The position numbers were made by a program, and so were the translations under genes. DNA of 64,000 nt. Origin: Iphione sp. A-MEVVRFRX5 (lineage: Eukaryota). The stretch covers positions 59,520,001 through 59,584,000 of the forward strand of contig OZ320319.1 of assembly GCA_976226885.1 (NCBI GenBank), written 5' to 3'. Below, in pieces: positions 12,701 to 27,700 of the stretch. The notes below the pieces were generated by a model that did not search any database, was not told where the DNA came from, and saw only the letters and a list, made by a program, of their open reading frames with translations. The first letter of the stretch is position 1. The number at the start of each line of letters is the position of its first letter.

Positions 12701-15700
12701 TAAAAGCTTTTAACATCAAGCCAGTGTGTGACAATATCAATAAGCAAAATCTCCTTCGATACTGCCACCTTTTCCATCCTTCGTACATTTAGACTGATAT
12801 TGGAGAATATGTTATGTTTTCGGATCGAAAAGACAATATTTCATAACTGTTTTATCTCTTTAACGTAAGTTTCAGATCGAGAGGACCTATGAGGAACCAC
12901 TACGCAGGCCTAATCATGAGATATGTCTAATTGACAGAAAAAAGGGTTCCTAAACTGATGCTTGCTATCTATAGACGCTACATCCTAAACATGTTAGAAC
13001 AAAACTGAAATTTGGCAAATTATCTGTACAAAGGATTGAATTTCCCACTAAGATTAAATGCAGTTTGATTGCCAGGAAAATTTCTTTAAAAAACACCAGG
13101 GATAACTTGGTACTGTTTTACTAATTTGAAAACTGAACAGGCAATATCTACATTTTCCAAGAGTTTTCTTAACTAATAACTGAAATCCAAGAATGTCAAA
13201 TATGGTCATTGTGCGCTTTCATTGATAATCGTGTTACAACTCACATTACATATACATATTGAAAAATTGTTACAAAAGTATCGGATATTTTATACCTGTA
13301 ACGATATTTTCGAACTTTGTTCGAATAATTTTAACATTATTAAGGCGAGCAAAAGCAGAAAATGATTTTAAAAAACACACTAATTTTACGAAAACATTGT
13401 TTTGAAGGATGGTGGCAGTACCAAAGGAAATCACTACGAAAATGAAAACTTCACAATAGCTGAACATTGAAATAGAAACATGCTTTCATGCTTCAAAGAC
13501 AGAACTGGAAAGGTCTATAAACAAAAACAGTGCAAACTGCAGTAAAACGCTATGTGAATTTTTTCCCTACTGGATTCTACAAAAGTATAGCCAATACCAA
13601 ATATTTAAGAAACTAACCGATGAACTACAGGTAGGGTATATATATATTTATATGGATCTTTTTGATTATGTACACGGTTCCCTGCGTAAAAGCTATTTTC
13701 GATTATATGGTTTTTCATAGTTCTATATCTAAAGATATATTTGTATCCCGCATGACCGCGGATTACCTTGCTCCAAAGCTACTTGGGATGAGAGACCAAA
13801 TAAAACATGTTCAAAATAATTTGCTATGTTCTAGCTGCTATATGAGTGTGGGCATATATATCACTGTTTCTCTTTGGAGGTGAATAATATGTATTCAAAC
13901 ATGTTTTTCCCATACGTTTTCTTTTCTGATTCTATATGATTTCAGATATGATTTCAGAAACACTGGTTTTGTCTTTTTCAGCGGCTGGACACCCGCTATA
14001 CGAGAGAGAATGCGGCACTTACCCAGCTTGCGCATACAGCGACGTATGTCATCGCACCAGGCCTGTTTGACATGCGCGTTGCGGGCTTGGAAGGTGACCT
14101 TGTCAGTCTTGGCATGTGCGTACCATAACTCGAAGCGTCGTTCATCCTCAAGATGTTCGTTCATCTGAATATCTGGGAGCTGGGTAGCAAGTTTGGAATA
14201 TTTGATAGATATTTGCCTTCAACACTACATTGTATACATTCGACAAATTGTACCCTCAACTACATGGCAGTTCATAATCATTATCAACAACTCAGACTTG
14301 AGTCTGCATAATGAAATGCCCCAGTACCGAGTGAAACCTGTGGGATTGTCAAAGTCCTGTTAACAAATCTCTGTATGCACGAACTGTTTAGAAAAGTGGA
14401 CGCAATGAGGCCGAAAACAGGCTGAAAATGCAGCACGGACACTGCTAATTCTGCTAAAACGAGAGTTTGTGTACGTGTTGTGCCTACCTATGCAACGTGT
14501 AGCACGCAAGTATAGAAGTGTCAATAACAATTTAAGGTTTACAGTCTCTAGTGGCAGCGGCAATCCGAACAAAGGAATGCATAGGACAAATAGTCATTTG
14601 GTGATATATTTCAACACAAAGTACATATTCCATTTTCTGTCTAGTAGGAAGTCCTTAAACTAAAGTTATAGGAATAGGAATACCTGTTCAAATAATTTGT
14701 CTTTAATAAAGGGATAGCTTTCCTAGAGTAGAACACTAGCCGTATCGGTCTAAATCATAATACGCGGACAAAAAGTCACAACCAATGAGGTAATACGATA
14801 GATATGGATGGAAGGAAAACCCAGGTACCTTACATTATATTGACAACTTAAAAGGGTGAGAGTCAAGTACCTTGAAAAGTTACTTTTTACAATAAATATT
14901 TGTAAACTTAGTCAATACAATGATGTAGATCAAATATAAGATCGGTTAAAGTAAAGGCCAGCCAGACATTAACGCATGACGGATTCGATGGATGGATTCT
15001 ATGTTACTGTCTTTTCAGTCATATGCAATAAAAGTCACATTTAAAATTAATCAAATTTCACCTGACCTATACCCTTTCATGTTGTCAATATAGCGTAGGG
15101 TGCCTTTTTCCCTACTATGCAACTTTATAGTTACGCTGCTGAAAGGTATGCGTGGGAAGGGTTTGATTACTCACATCTATGATGGATTTGAACTCGTAAG
15201 TGAAAGGCTCTCCTGCTGACTTGGACTTACGCCTCTTGGTCAGCATGAGCTTGTTGTCAAAGAGGAACAGATGTCGCTCTTTGCCTTTACCACTAGGTTC
15301 AGTGTCCCATACCAAGAAGTCGTCCTGCAAGGAGAAAAGTACAATAAATAATCCACCAATACAATACAGATACCGGAAGACTGCCATTGCAGCGGGAACA
15401 ATTTGCTGCAGGTGCATTTCTTTGGATCCCTGCCTACGGCACAACTGACAAGTATGATCTGTGAATGTACAAACTCCTTTAAGGGAGACGGTAGCTCAAC
15501 AATTTCTTTTAACTGCAATGACTGGGAGCTTGAGCGGATGGTTGAGGCATTTTGGGCTACTCCGGACACTAGATACACTAGAACCATCCTACGTTCCGTA
15601 AGAGTTAATGTTCAAACTGATACTAGGGTGGTCATGGCTAGGGAGAAATCAACTCAGAGGTCAAGGATTGAAGGTGGCTCAGTTCCGAGTTTCCTCAGTT

Positions 15701-18700
15701 CATCTCAATATGAAATATACAAGTACTGATGTATTTATGTATGGAGCGATATGGAGTATACAAACGTAGGTGCAAAAATACAAATGTGCCGATCTGTACT
15801 TTGTACCATGATAAAATATATACGACTATCGGAATGTTTAAAGAAATAGTGAAAATAAAACCTACATGTCGAAGTATGGGGCCAAGTGAGCTGAGATCAC
15901 CTGGGTATCCCACAATCTTCTTGAGAGCGTTCTCGTCCTCAGCCTTTCGTTGAAGCTCTAGAAGCATCTTGATGGCGGCGTCTGCCGTCGTCACGTCCTC
16001 ACCGGCACGGGCACTGTAACATAAAAGGTAGATAGATAAACAATGAAACAATATCTACCAGCTAGATAGCTCATAATCTACAACAAATCCACCCACATAG
16101 GTCTACAGTATAGAGTGCGCTCCTCACAGTCTAATTTAAAAAAAAAACATGTATTCATCGAAATGATTTTTCACACTGATTCTATGAACGGTCTATTAAC
16201 TTTAACATCTGAAAAGGTATTCTCATAGTTTTGTATTTAACACATCGATCGGACTCTCGCGTGTGAAATTTTTTCAAGTCACCATTATAATGGAACGTTC
16301 TTCCCATTCTCTCTTTCTGTTATCGTATTACATTATGTAGACTAAGAATTCTTCAACAACTGATGCACATATTGTTCCTTTAGTGCCACGTTAAGGAAAT
16401 GTTATCTAGTCTTGTAAATTTAATACATTCTCAAATTGACAATTCGATTTCTCAGCCGAGGTCGCACATGAATCTTAACATTTCTCATTTAGCATATCAG
16501 GGTTCCTCTTACCTGTAGCGCATGAAGTCCTTTAAGATGTTGATATATTCATTGATGCGCTCCGTGGGGCGAGCAAGGTACTCAGGCAGGCTAAGTTTGC
16601 TCTCTCCGATGTTGCCAATGGTCTTGTCATGATCCTAGTAAATCAATGGACCGAAGCACATATCTATAATACATATATATGTGATTTTTAACAATATATT
16701 ACTGAATTCATCTAGAGTATACACTCGATTTGGGGTTTGTTTCTCAGAGTGACCGGGCAACGGCCTGAATAAACATTTCTGAAAATGAACCATTTATTGC
16801 CATCGAGTTACCACAAACACGATGTTGTTGATACTTCATCTAATGTAAGGAAAGTAGAGTTGGTTTTACAGAAAACGCTTCAATTTAGATTGTTGGTGGT
16901 GACGCTTGATACTTTTAGCAGTGGAAGGATTTCAAAGAAGGATTTGTCTTTTATAACGAGCTGGACATTGATTATGCACATTGATAGCTATTATGGTGCG
17001 ACACAATTGGCAACTGTTCCATACACGTCGTTGCTGATATTCTTTCCGCATTCTGAAAGGAAAGAAGTACATGCCAGTGCTAAGGAATGCTGTAAATTAA
17101 AGGGGTACTTCACAAACTAAACGTATAACGGAACCGAATATGACCGCACAGTAACTCAGTGTAATAAATCCTCCTGCCCAAACCATGTCAGCAAATCGAC
17201 GACAAACATCAGAAAGCCACGTCTTGCAACAAATACAATCCTGGAATAAAAGCAGCGACATAAACAGACCAAAGGTCAACTTCAATAAAGGGTGTTATTA
17301 TGAGCAATGTTAATAACAGAGTTTAAAGCAGGGACTGAGAAGCGAGAAACTTGAAGTGTGGGGGTGCCATGCATCGCCTTCAGTATTCATTCAGCAATCC
17401 TGCCTATTATGCCTATTGAAAAGCTTTCAGTGGCACAACATGGGGCTGACAGTGGTGCAAATATTGGTCCAAATGTTGTTTATGACCGAGATCTATCTGT
17501 GGTTAATATCAGCTGCCAATACCCAGTATGTAACCAAGTACTGATGAAACAGTGGGAACTGATATGATGAATTTGTTGTCTGTCATTGTGGGCAAACAAA
17601 CACCAAAATGATAAGGCCTTCAAACTGAATCTCAACAAAGAGATTTTATCGTCAACGTAAACTAATACAATAAAAGTAATGTATCGAGCACTTTTCAAAC
17701 TACAAGCAGCAGACATTGACAGTGATATAGACCTAAGGTTGATCTCAGGTAAAAAGTAATATCAGGTCAATGTTGCTGCGTGATATTACTCTGAAGTAAG
17801 TTTTTGTACTTTCTTTTAAACAATATGTAATATTTCTTCTGTGTCAAATCAAAAATAATTATTGAAGAAAACGTTACCTAGACAGGTTTAAAATCAAATG
17901 TAGATATCAAACTGCGATAATTAAATAGTGTTTCACTATTCACAAATCTTTCAAAGCAATCGACAACAATCTCAGTTTTATGTGTTTGCAATCCCAACTG
18001 TGATTTATATCATAGTATATGTTGTAAACTGTTATTTAATATTTGTTTTGGATATTATTTTAACTAAGGAACATCCGTTTGAATGTTATTTGAACGCTGA
18101 AAACCAAATTTTGTTTTATTTAGGCTTCTACCAAATGAAGGACTGGCAATGTCTTGCTATATGATATTAGTAGCCCTATCCATTGTATGTCATCCGCAAG
18201 AGACCGGAAATATACCTTTTATATCGTCAGGATCATCGATATAAAGTTTATCAGTTGCTAAATTACCAGTCCCTTGTTTTTTGCTAGATATGTTAAGAGA
18301 TGATTTGTATTGACTTAGTGCATATATGTGATTGAAAGGAGCAAATGATTTCCTCTGTGTTTGGTGGAGGACGGAAAGACATACGGACGACTACAAATCT
18401 ATATAATCACTACTGGTTACATCTAATCAGATTTAGAGGACATTTAGCTTTTGAATGTTAGTGTACTATTTCTAGAGAGTAAACAGACAAATACATTGAT
18501 ATATTGCAGTTCCTCTGATGAAAATTATCCAAAACCAATTGTCATAACTAACAGTGCTGGAAAGATATTGCTCTCTGAGGGTGACAAGCTAAATGTCCGC
18601 TATTTTGACGTCCCATTACCATGACTAAACATACCTGGAGTGCACGTGCTGCCTTTTGCGCCTCCCTTCGGACCCACTGTCAAAGTGTACCATGCAAGGT

Positions 18701-21700
18701 CACACAAAGGTAAGAGAAAGCGCAAGGTCATCCAAGATCACCGAAGGGCATCGAAGATGAGGAGACAGAAGTGTTGTTAGATATTGTTGAGAGCTAGATC
18801 CTTAAGTACTAATTTGAATGTACCAATGCAAAAGTCACAATGCTTATGGTAAAATTACATGTATTTGTGATACCCTTTGCGTTCACCATTTGGTGTCTTT
18901 AATCCACTTTACAAGTACTTACATTCATAAACCGTATTCCTAGTGGAAGCTTGTAATATGAAACATTTGTCATGTAAATGCTATATTTCAATCATCTTTT
19001 TCAGGAAAAAATGCGACTCTAAAATTCAAAGGCTGAAAATGAAACAACATGTCCGCTGTTCCTGATTCTTGATGGAAATGTTAGTTGAAACAATTTTGTT
19101 ACCGGAAACTATTACATATTTGGTTGAATAGGATGCAGGTTATCTACTCGTACAGGAAGCTACTTTAATCTACTTTTTATCTGCAGTTAAGGCTACTTTT
19201 GCAAATACCCACCTTTCCTTCTACGGTGTTTCTATAGGCATTTATTTTAAGGCTACTTGTATTTTTAGTATGTTCTTTGTATTAGGTAATCATTTAAACG
19301 TTTCTAACATGTATGTGTTTCGAAGACAGGGTAATGTATCTCTAGGGACATTCACCTTAATTTTTCCTATGCCTACATTAAAAACTCTGAATTTATGGAA
19401 TCGTCTGCCAAGCATTTCATAAACACGATTCATGTGTGCAGAACATAACACGATTAATAGAATAAAAGAGGTCTCTAGCAGCTAAAAGTAGATGATGGTT
19501 TTCTAGCACAAGTTGATATAACGTCTGACATATTATACCCTTCGTAAGCTTTCAGCAACAACTGGTTTTATTGTGGTGTTACGATTCGGAAAGATTTAAC
19601 CCCCAGTTGGAGGTTAGGGAGACAAATTCACTTTATTAATCAGAGACCCTTTAGCCTATCATCATTCCTATATTTCATTGTTATTTCCAGGAATAAAAAT
19701 GGAAATTCGAAATTTGATCAAAGAATACAAACACAACTAGCCAATCGATTATAACACTGTATTCGAAGATAACTGTTAATAAAAGATTGAAGCTAGGTCA
19801 AAGAACCTGCTTCAGCCTGGAAAGCAGGAAAATGTGGAACAGTTAAACAGGGGTATCAAGTAAAACTAGATATAAATGCACACACGTAGGCACATTTATA
19901 CGATGACTTCCAGTTGAATGATTCTAAGTCTGCAGAGGCGGTACAATGCTATGATATGATAAAATACTCCGCATAGCTAGAGGTGGTCTTTGCTATTGTC
20001 ATCAAGATAGGTTAACCCCATGAAGGAAAAAAATTGGTTAATCACAAATGTAAGTGACAAGAGATCATAACTGACCTTGATGAACTTCTGAGGCTCATCT
20101 AAGTTGAGAAGATAGCTCACATGGTCCCGGTCAAGGTAGTATGGTACATACATTTGGAAGTCTTGAGCCTGTAGCGCCGAATAGTAATTATACATTGTAA
20201 GTGTATAGTGCATGCATCAGTGTACAGTAGAAGTAAACAGTATATATGCAGTTTATTTGCAGTGAAGCAAAAATATACAAGAAAGCAAGTATAAAATAAT
20301 CACACGGTATGAGAATATGATGAATTGAATATGATATGAAGTATAGAATTGAATATGTTATGAAGCATAGTATGAAATTATAGGAACACAGAGGTCCCAC
20401 AGTGTTTTTGTTAAATAAATACAGAGAATACTCCAAAACCGCACACTCGAAAACTGAATTTCTGAAATCCGAACACTTTGCACTGCAATGAATCATTTTT
20501 CTCTAAATAGCTACTCGTACAACTGAAATATTTGATTTCCAAATCTGAATGTGAAAAGACATTGAATTAGCACTCAAAAACCGATTGCCCATTGAAGAAT
20601 TCCCCAAGCTCTTTTTGAATCAAAAGGGATAGAGCTACTCATTGTTTTGTGCCTTCTTCACGTGTGGGCTGCCCTTTATCACTCTCCCTCAAATTCATTA
20701 TGAATGAAAGAGATAGAGCTACTCATGCAAAGTTTCACACCTTCTCCATGTGTTGGCCGTCCTTCACCAGTCTCCCTCAAGTTTGTTATGAATCAAAGGA
20801 ATAGAGCTAGTCATTGAAACATTTATGCCTTTTGCCGATTTTCGGACAAACTTGACTGAATTTTGCCAATCTTCAGATGAATTTGGCTGGGTTTTGCCAA
20901 TTTTTGGATGAAATTGCCACTATTCGAAATCCAAAATATCCGAAATCCGAACGTTTTTGTCTGAAATGGTCTGTGTTCAGATTTCGAGTATTCACTTTAT
21001 ATGAAGATGAGTAGGCGAGAAAGAAAACTTTCCAGGGGATTTTTCAAGGGATTTAACATACATTCATCTACAAGACAGCTTACAATATTTCCAGCCTTTC
21101 CTTATCTTTCGAACTTTAGTCTAACCGACCACCAGGAAGTGGGGCACCATAACGCACTAGTAAAACTCTGTGACTGCACGCTCTGATGGGCAAACTCGTC
21201 AGCTGTGATAACAGCCACCATTGTTCCAATAAATCTTGATATAAATGGCGACAGAAATATATTGTAAATATTTTCCATGGTAGTGGATGAGACTTGTCGT
21301 CGTGGTTATATTTGGTAGAAAAGATTCTTAAATACTCACGTGATCGAGGAAACACTGGCCGACGCTGTTCGCCTTCGAGTTACACTTGAGTAGGTCAGCA
21401 AGGAACTGACTGCAAGTGACAGAGGAGGATGTAAATATATGTATGGCAATAGGGAGCAGATGATCTCTCAGACGAGGAAAAGTCAACTGAGATATCCCTG
21501 GTTCCATCACTGGTTTTCTTTTGCAATGCTACAGGTTCTAACCTTTATTAGTTTTGACTTGACCTAGATTCCCATCGATGCATTAGTTGAGAAGTCAGCA
21601 AGAACATTTTGTATGATAAAGCATGGTTCGAATTAAATGTTTTAAAAAGTCGATCAACTAGATTAAACGCCTTTGAATTATTTTAGACGTTACCACGTTG

Positions 21701-24700
21701 TGCTAACTCTAAGGTTTAAAGATTATGGCAACAACATGGGTAAAAATTATTAAAAGGAGTGTTAATTTCGAGCATTGCAGAAAGATGAGTGGAGGTATGC
21801 ATGTATAGGTTTGTAAACGGAAACGTACTCGCAATGGAACTTATGGATGTTGGGGAAGGTAGAGAAGATGAGATGCTTTTTGCCCTTCAGAGCCTCCGGA
21901 AGGTCACCATCAAACTTGGGATAGTAGGTCTCCATGGCAAAAGTTAGGTCCCGGATGTAGTCTCGCTCAGATTCCCATAGGTCGGTGAGAGCATACCTGG
22001 AGTAAGCAAGAAATATATTGTTAGTCATTGTATTTAGTTTAGTCGTATAAATCAACATTATATCGGTCGAAATGAATTCAATATTTATGCCTCATGAAAA
22101 AACACGATGAGCTGTTGGACGATCAAGTGTAAAAAAAATGAGGATGAGTCGTGTAAAAACGACAGTTATTCTTTCATAAAGGACGTATGTAAGGTGCAAA
22201 AGTAAATGGGGAAAATGTCTTGGTGCCTCCTGTACCTACTTGTTCAGCTGTGCAGTGACCAGGATATATTTCTGACTTACCGTCTCTTCATCTGTGCTTC
22301 CTGCTCTTTGTTGTCAAGCTGTAGCACCTCTTCCCGGAACACTTCCCGTGGCGTGCGTGTGTCCGCATGACCCGACCCCCTCCGGGTTTCCAGGTAGCTG
22401 GGTGGTACCCAGCCCTGCTTCGGTCCGCTCGACTTGGTTGGTTTGGTCCTGCAGAGCCAGCGCTCCGGATTGTTCTGGTCGAGGATATCAACGAACTGCC
22501 CCTCCTTGAGACGAAGGTGGTCGGTAGTTCCCTCTGGTGGGGTGTAGTCGGCAATGGCCTGGAAGACAGGGATGGCTTCTGCCTTATCGGTGAGCTCCTC
22601 CTCCTCAGAGGACTCCTCCTTCTTACTGGGTGAGCGAGACAGGCGGCCCTTCTTCTTATCCTTCTTACCAAGGAGAATTTCAACTGGTACATAACACACC
22701 TGGTAAACAAAAATAAACGAATACACGGTATCCGGTTAACTTACTAACTTAATAGCTGACAGGAAATTTATTGTTAATTAGATGAGTTTGATCATTTGTA
22801 CCTTTTCCTTGTTGTCCTGTTTGCGTACCAACCACTCGTCATCCTTCTCTGTATCTAACACCTCAACGACGTCTCCCTTCTTGAGTGGTACTCCGCGCAC
22901 CTTGTCCGCATAGTCCTCTAAGCAAGGGTACTCCTACATAGACAAAAATGAAACAGTGTGTTCTCATTTGATACTTCGTTATCAACCTCTTCGCATTTTG
23001 ACAATCCGAAGGTCATTACTTAATGTACCTATTTCCAGTTCAGTTCCTACTGATATACTATTTATATAGAGGCACATTCTATCGTTTTGTGAAAAACACA
23101 CTCGTAGTGACCGTATTTCCTGTATTATTTTCCAGAGTGCTTGTCCCACATTTTATAGAAAACAGAAGGTTTGTTTGAGCAAATCTTTTTCATAGCATCA
23201 TATGTTAGATCAAAGGTATTGAATAAAACGTGTTGTTTGTAAGGTCCCAACAAGTACTAAAGTATAGTAGAGTAAATGGGAAAAGACATGATGTGGCCCA
23301 AATGCGGACATAACGTATGTAGCCACTGACCTTGAAGAGCATCTCGTCCTCATCTTTGAGCTTCTCCTTCTCAGCTGTGATCTTTGGTAGGAGCTTCTCA
23401 ACTAGTGCGAGGTCTTTGTCCTCTTCCTTTTCCGTGTCCTCCTTCTCTGTCGCCGCTGGGATAGAATTGAAACACAGGAGTCAGTTTAGGCTCAGGGAAA
23501 TATGCAAGCCTATTGCTAGGACCTGATCTCTTCCTGTTTCTATGCCTTCCTATTATGTAAAGAATTTATGATACTGCTCCAAAATGTTTCCAAGCTACTG
23601 GCCGGATCAAATACTTTTATTCTTTGTATTTATTGCAGTATTTCCTCAGAGTAAAGAGAATTTCCCCATGACACGAACGGTCAACACTTCAAACGCACTC
23701 ACCTTCTACAGTAATGTTGACGGTGTGGAATGTTCCTCCTGCCTCATTGTTAGCAGTAATGGTATACTCGCCTGCATCTAGGAAGGAAGCGCTGGGGATA
23801 GTCAGGGTAAAGCAGTCGCCAACCGACTCAGTGCGGGTTGTCGCTCCCCGCAAAGGCTTACCCTCTTTGAACCAGGTTACCGAAGGATTGCCTAGGAAAG
23901 CATCAGTGAATTATTGTAGTTTGATGTCAAACGGTACTAAACATGTTAAAAAGTATATTGAGATTTCCTGCGCCATGGAAAGAATGGTGTGTGTGTGAAA
24001 TGCTACATCATTTTTTTCATTTTACAACAAGTTTATTTCTGGATCACTAGGTACAGATAGCGTAGAGCCATTCCATAATAACACAGATGGGCAGTTTACG
24101 AATGAATATAATGTAGTATGATTAACGACAACGTAGATTTGATGCCTATATATCATAACATGAACTTATAACCTATCAACCAGATCAAATACTATTCTTT
24201 GGTAGGTCCGTAGTGCTTCCTACATATATACTCAAGCCAATGGGGTAACCTAAGGTTAATCAGTCAATTATATGTGAACAATTTGCGATACAGGATTATT
24301 TTCATCCTCCAGTTAAATCCTCAAAGATTGACCATTACCTACCAGTCGGGTGAGGAAGCTAAGACCTAGCTCCCATATAGTGGTGTAATCTTCTGTACGA
24401 AACAGGTTTTAGTTTGGGCAAAAGAATTCTATGTTTACACGACATAGATAAAGATGTACGGAGGTTCTGAACGGAAATATATCTTAAGTATTGTTATATT
24501 TTCTTGTAGACTCCCAGTATAATTTAAAACAAATACCCCATAGGTTTAGAGCTACAAGGGCCATGAAATTTAGAAACACCGGCATTACTTAACATTTCAC
24601 ATGTCAGCCTTATAAGATGTCTAATTAGTTCACTGTAGTTCTAAGGTACATTACCCTGCTTACAGGAAAGTGTTCATGTGCATGTTATAGCATGTTTTGC

Positions 24701-27700
24701 ACGTAGGCGACCCCCGATGTGAATATTGATTTGGGTGCATTAGCAATATTGATCGGAGTTTAAACTTACAGAGCCCGATGAATTTGAGGTGTTAATCTCA
24801 TTGGCCTGGTCTTTGACCAACATATCAGTTCAATAAATTAGCTGAGTGCTAAAGCAAAATAAGCCAGAGGAATGATGACTACCTACGCATATAGGTCCAT
24901 TTTTATAACTGTGATAAATTGGGTAAAATCCTATTTCCCCGTAGATACTTCTGACAAACATTCCGATAGCCAGGAATACCAAATCATGTATATTAACAGG
25001 CGACAAATGGAACTACAAATAGTACCTAATGGCCCTAACAAACTGCGAGGAAAATACATCGATTTCGTTGCACCTTTTGACTAGGCTCCCGAAAACAAGA
25101 ATTGAGGATATGTCCTTGAATGTATTTTGTCCACTAATAATTATACTAAAATGAATAATGCCGAATTAACCCAGGAGGGACATTATACTGGCCTTATCCT
25201 TATACTCTATATCCACAGATTCTACTCTGATTGGAGCTTACCTGTAATCGTCGCTGTAATTTTGATGGGGTCAAACTCGTTGACGGTAACTTTCCCCGGC
25301 TTCTTGATGAACTCTGGAGGCTTGCTGGCCGGTCTGTCAGAGAATATGCACACAGCGTGAAATCTAGTGCTAGTTTTAGATTGGTCCGAAGAGGAGAAGA
25401 GGATTTTCGGTAAATTTAGTCAGCTGTTTGAGAAAACATGAGCATATCGGAAAAATAGTGTCATTCCCTAAGATTTTATGTCTTCAGTACAAATCTAACG
25501 ACTTTGGTCATGATAGTTCATCAATACATTGTAGTTGATTAAATGATTGATTCTAAAGAAAATGCTCAGGAAGACGATGCATACTTGGCAGCAGCTCTGG
25601 CCTCGACCGTGACTTTGATGCTGTGGAAGACTTTGCCTTCACTGTTTGTAGCAGACACAGTGTACTCCCCATCATCATTGGTGTTGGCTTCATCAATGAT
25701 CAAGGCAAACTCATCGCCATCGACAACCACAGAAATACGCGCGTCAGGCTTGACCGGCTGGCCACCATGGAGCCAGCTTACCTGCGGGGCTGGGATACCT
25801 GTTATGGAGAGAGCAACGATCCAGTAAAGCCTGGTGGCATACTTACTGTAGCATTTTCTGCTGTTGAGGAAATAACGTAGATTTTTGGGCAAGTTTGAGT
25901 GAAATTATGTACTCATATAATACATGCGTAAACTATTACCACGAAATGTCTCTAATTATAATAAAGGTTTTATATCCAATATAGTACATTGCTAAATTGC
26001 ATTCTTCTCCCTAATCTGGGAGTGCCATATTGCGTTCTCTGCCATAGTTTGGGAGTGCCATTTGCGTTCGGACGCTAAAACGGTTTAATATTTCCTATTG
26101 ATATAATCAGTGACTTCCCAAGGGCATATTTGTTTGTCTGGTTGACGAAAACATCGTTTTCAATACGTGATGCCATATGTTTTTACTTTGTACTGTGCAA
26201 AGCGATGTCAAATCGGCAATGGTCTACACTCTCCCAGGCAGAGTCAAACAAATATTCAAAGATATAAAAAACATAGCTTCGTCGACATCTTGATGAAACT
26301 AACCCGTGAGTTGGCAAGTGATACGAATGGTCTCCCCTTCTCGGACGCTGACCGGCTGGGGAAGCCGAGCGAACTTAGGTGTCTCCTTGGTGAGCGTGGA
26401 CTTGACATTAACGTCAACTGTATGCTTCACGGTGCCATTGGCGTTGGTCGCTAAGATGACATAATTTCCCGAGTCCTCTGCAGTTGCTTTGTCGATCTCC
26501 ATGACTTCTAGGCCCTTTGTGGTGTCATGATAAATCTTTACACGCGAATCCTTCTTCTTTTGTTTTAGTTTCTTGTTGTCCTTCATCCAAGTGATCTCAG
26601 CCTCTGGCTCAGCTGAAATATTAAATTAAGCTTAGCTGCTTGGTTATGTAAATATCATTCTTTTCTTTCTTCATTACTTGCAGGGTTTTATCAAGAGACA
26701 TATATATACATGTGCGTGTACATTATAAACATATTTGAAAGGTCACTCCGATTATAACTGCCCGAATAAAAAAATATACATTTGCTCAGCTTTCCGGAGA
26801 GATATGGGTTTCCTAGATATGGATGACACGTTTCATTTTATATACTCGTCCACATTAACAGTTTTCACAATGGAAAGTCCACATAAACAATTTCTACAGG
26901 AGTTTCCATAAAAAAGGTCAAAGATAAGATTGTCCAGAGGGATCTCACAATCCAAGATTATATTGTGAGCATATTTGAATATCAAGGCACGTTTGATGCA
27001 TCCAAAGGGAAAAGGAATGGTTTGTTATGTGAATGCATCATGGGAATTAAAAGAGATACCTCTGGACAAAGATATTACAGCTTTGGGTAGAGCTCAATGG
27101 TGACTATTTACCAGTGGTCCCACTGGATACATTAGACATAAATAACGTGTTAAATTGATTCTCAATAATAAGCATGATGAACACAAGCGACTTCAATTAT
27201 TGTGATATATGCAACAGTTACAGTCCTGAAATGTTACAGAAAATGACGGAGGGTCGATCGATGTTAATGAAGGCAGGAGTCGTTGAACAACTTCACACTA
27301 GTGGTCCGTGTGAATTCTGCAATGCGGTCAAAATGATCTGTACATCTGGCGCAGACTCTGCCACAATGTGCACAAGAAAGCTGTAGCATTGTAAAATATG
27401 CGTTCACTCATCAAAAGCATTATCCACAAATCCATACCAACGCGTTTTTCAACGAAGCATATGGGGCAAATTTAATTGGGTCCGTTTTGACAAATTGGGC
27501 TTAGAATACACAATACAGCATAAACTGTTAGGTTGGATCGCTGCATGAATAAGCAAAATCAATGTAGTAGTAAACATTTAAATATATATAATGCATATTA
27601 TATGCATCGGTGGAGAAAAGTTAAACAGGGATTGGAGTCAATGAAAGGTTAAGGACAAGAGAATGTAAGGGTTGGAAACACCAACCTTGTGTAACTGTGA

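Noticed and set aside
15866-21996. DH domain might be catalytically dead (DLWESE, RPTER…EY and KAED instead of ELxxTE, KPVQR…KY and RAND)
   Set aside because: RPxER and AE[ND] are, from recollection of the family, normal for obscurin DH domains, and the key CR1 Glu is retained. There is no basis for calling it dead.
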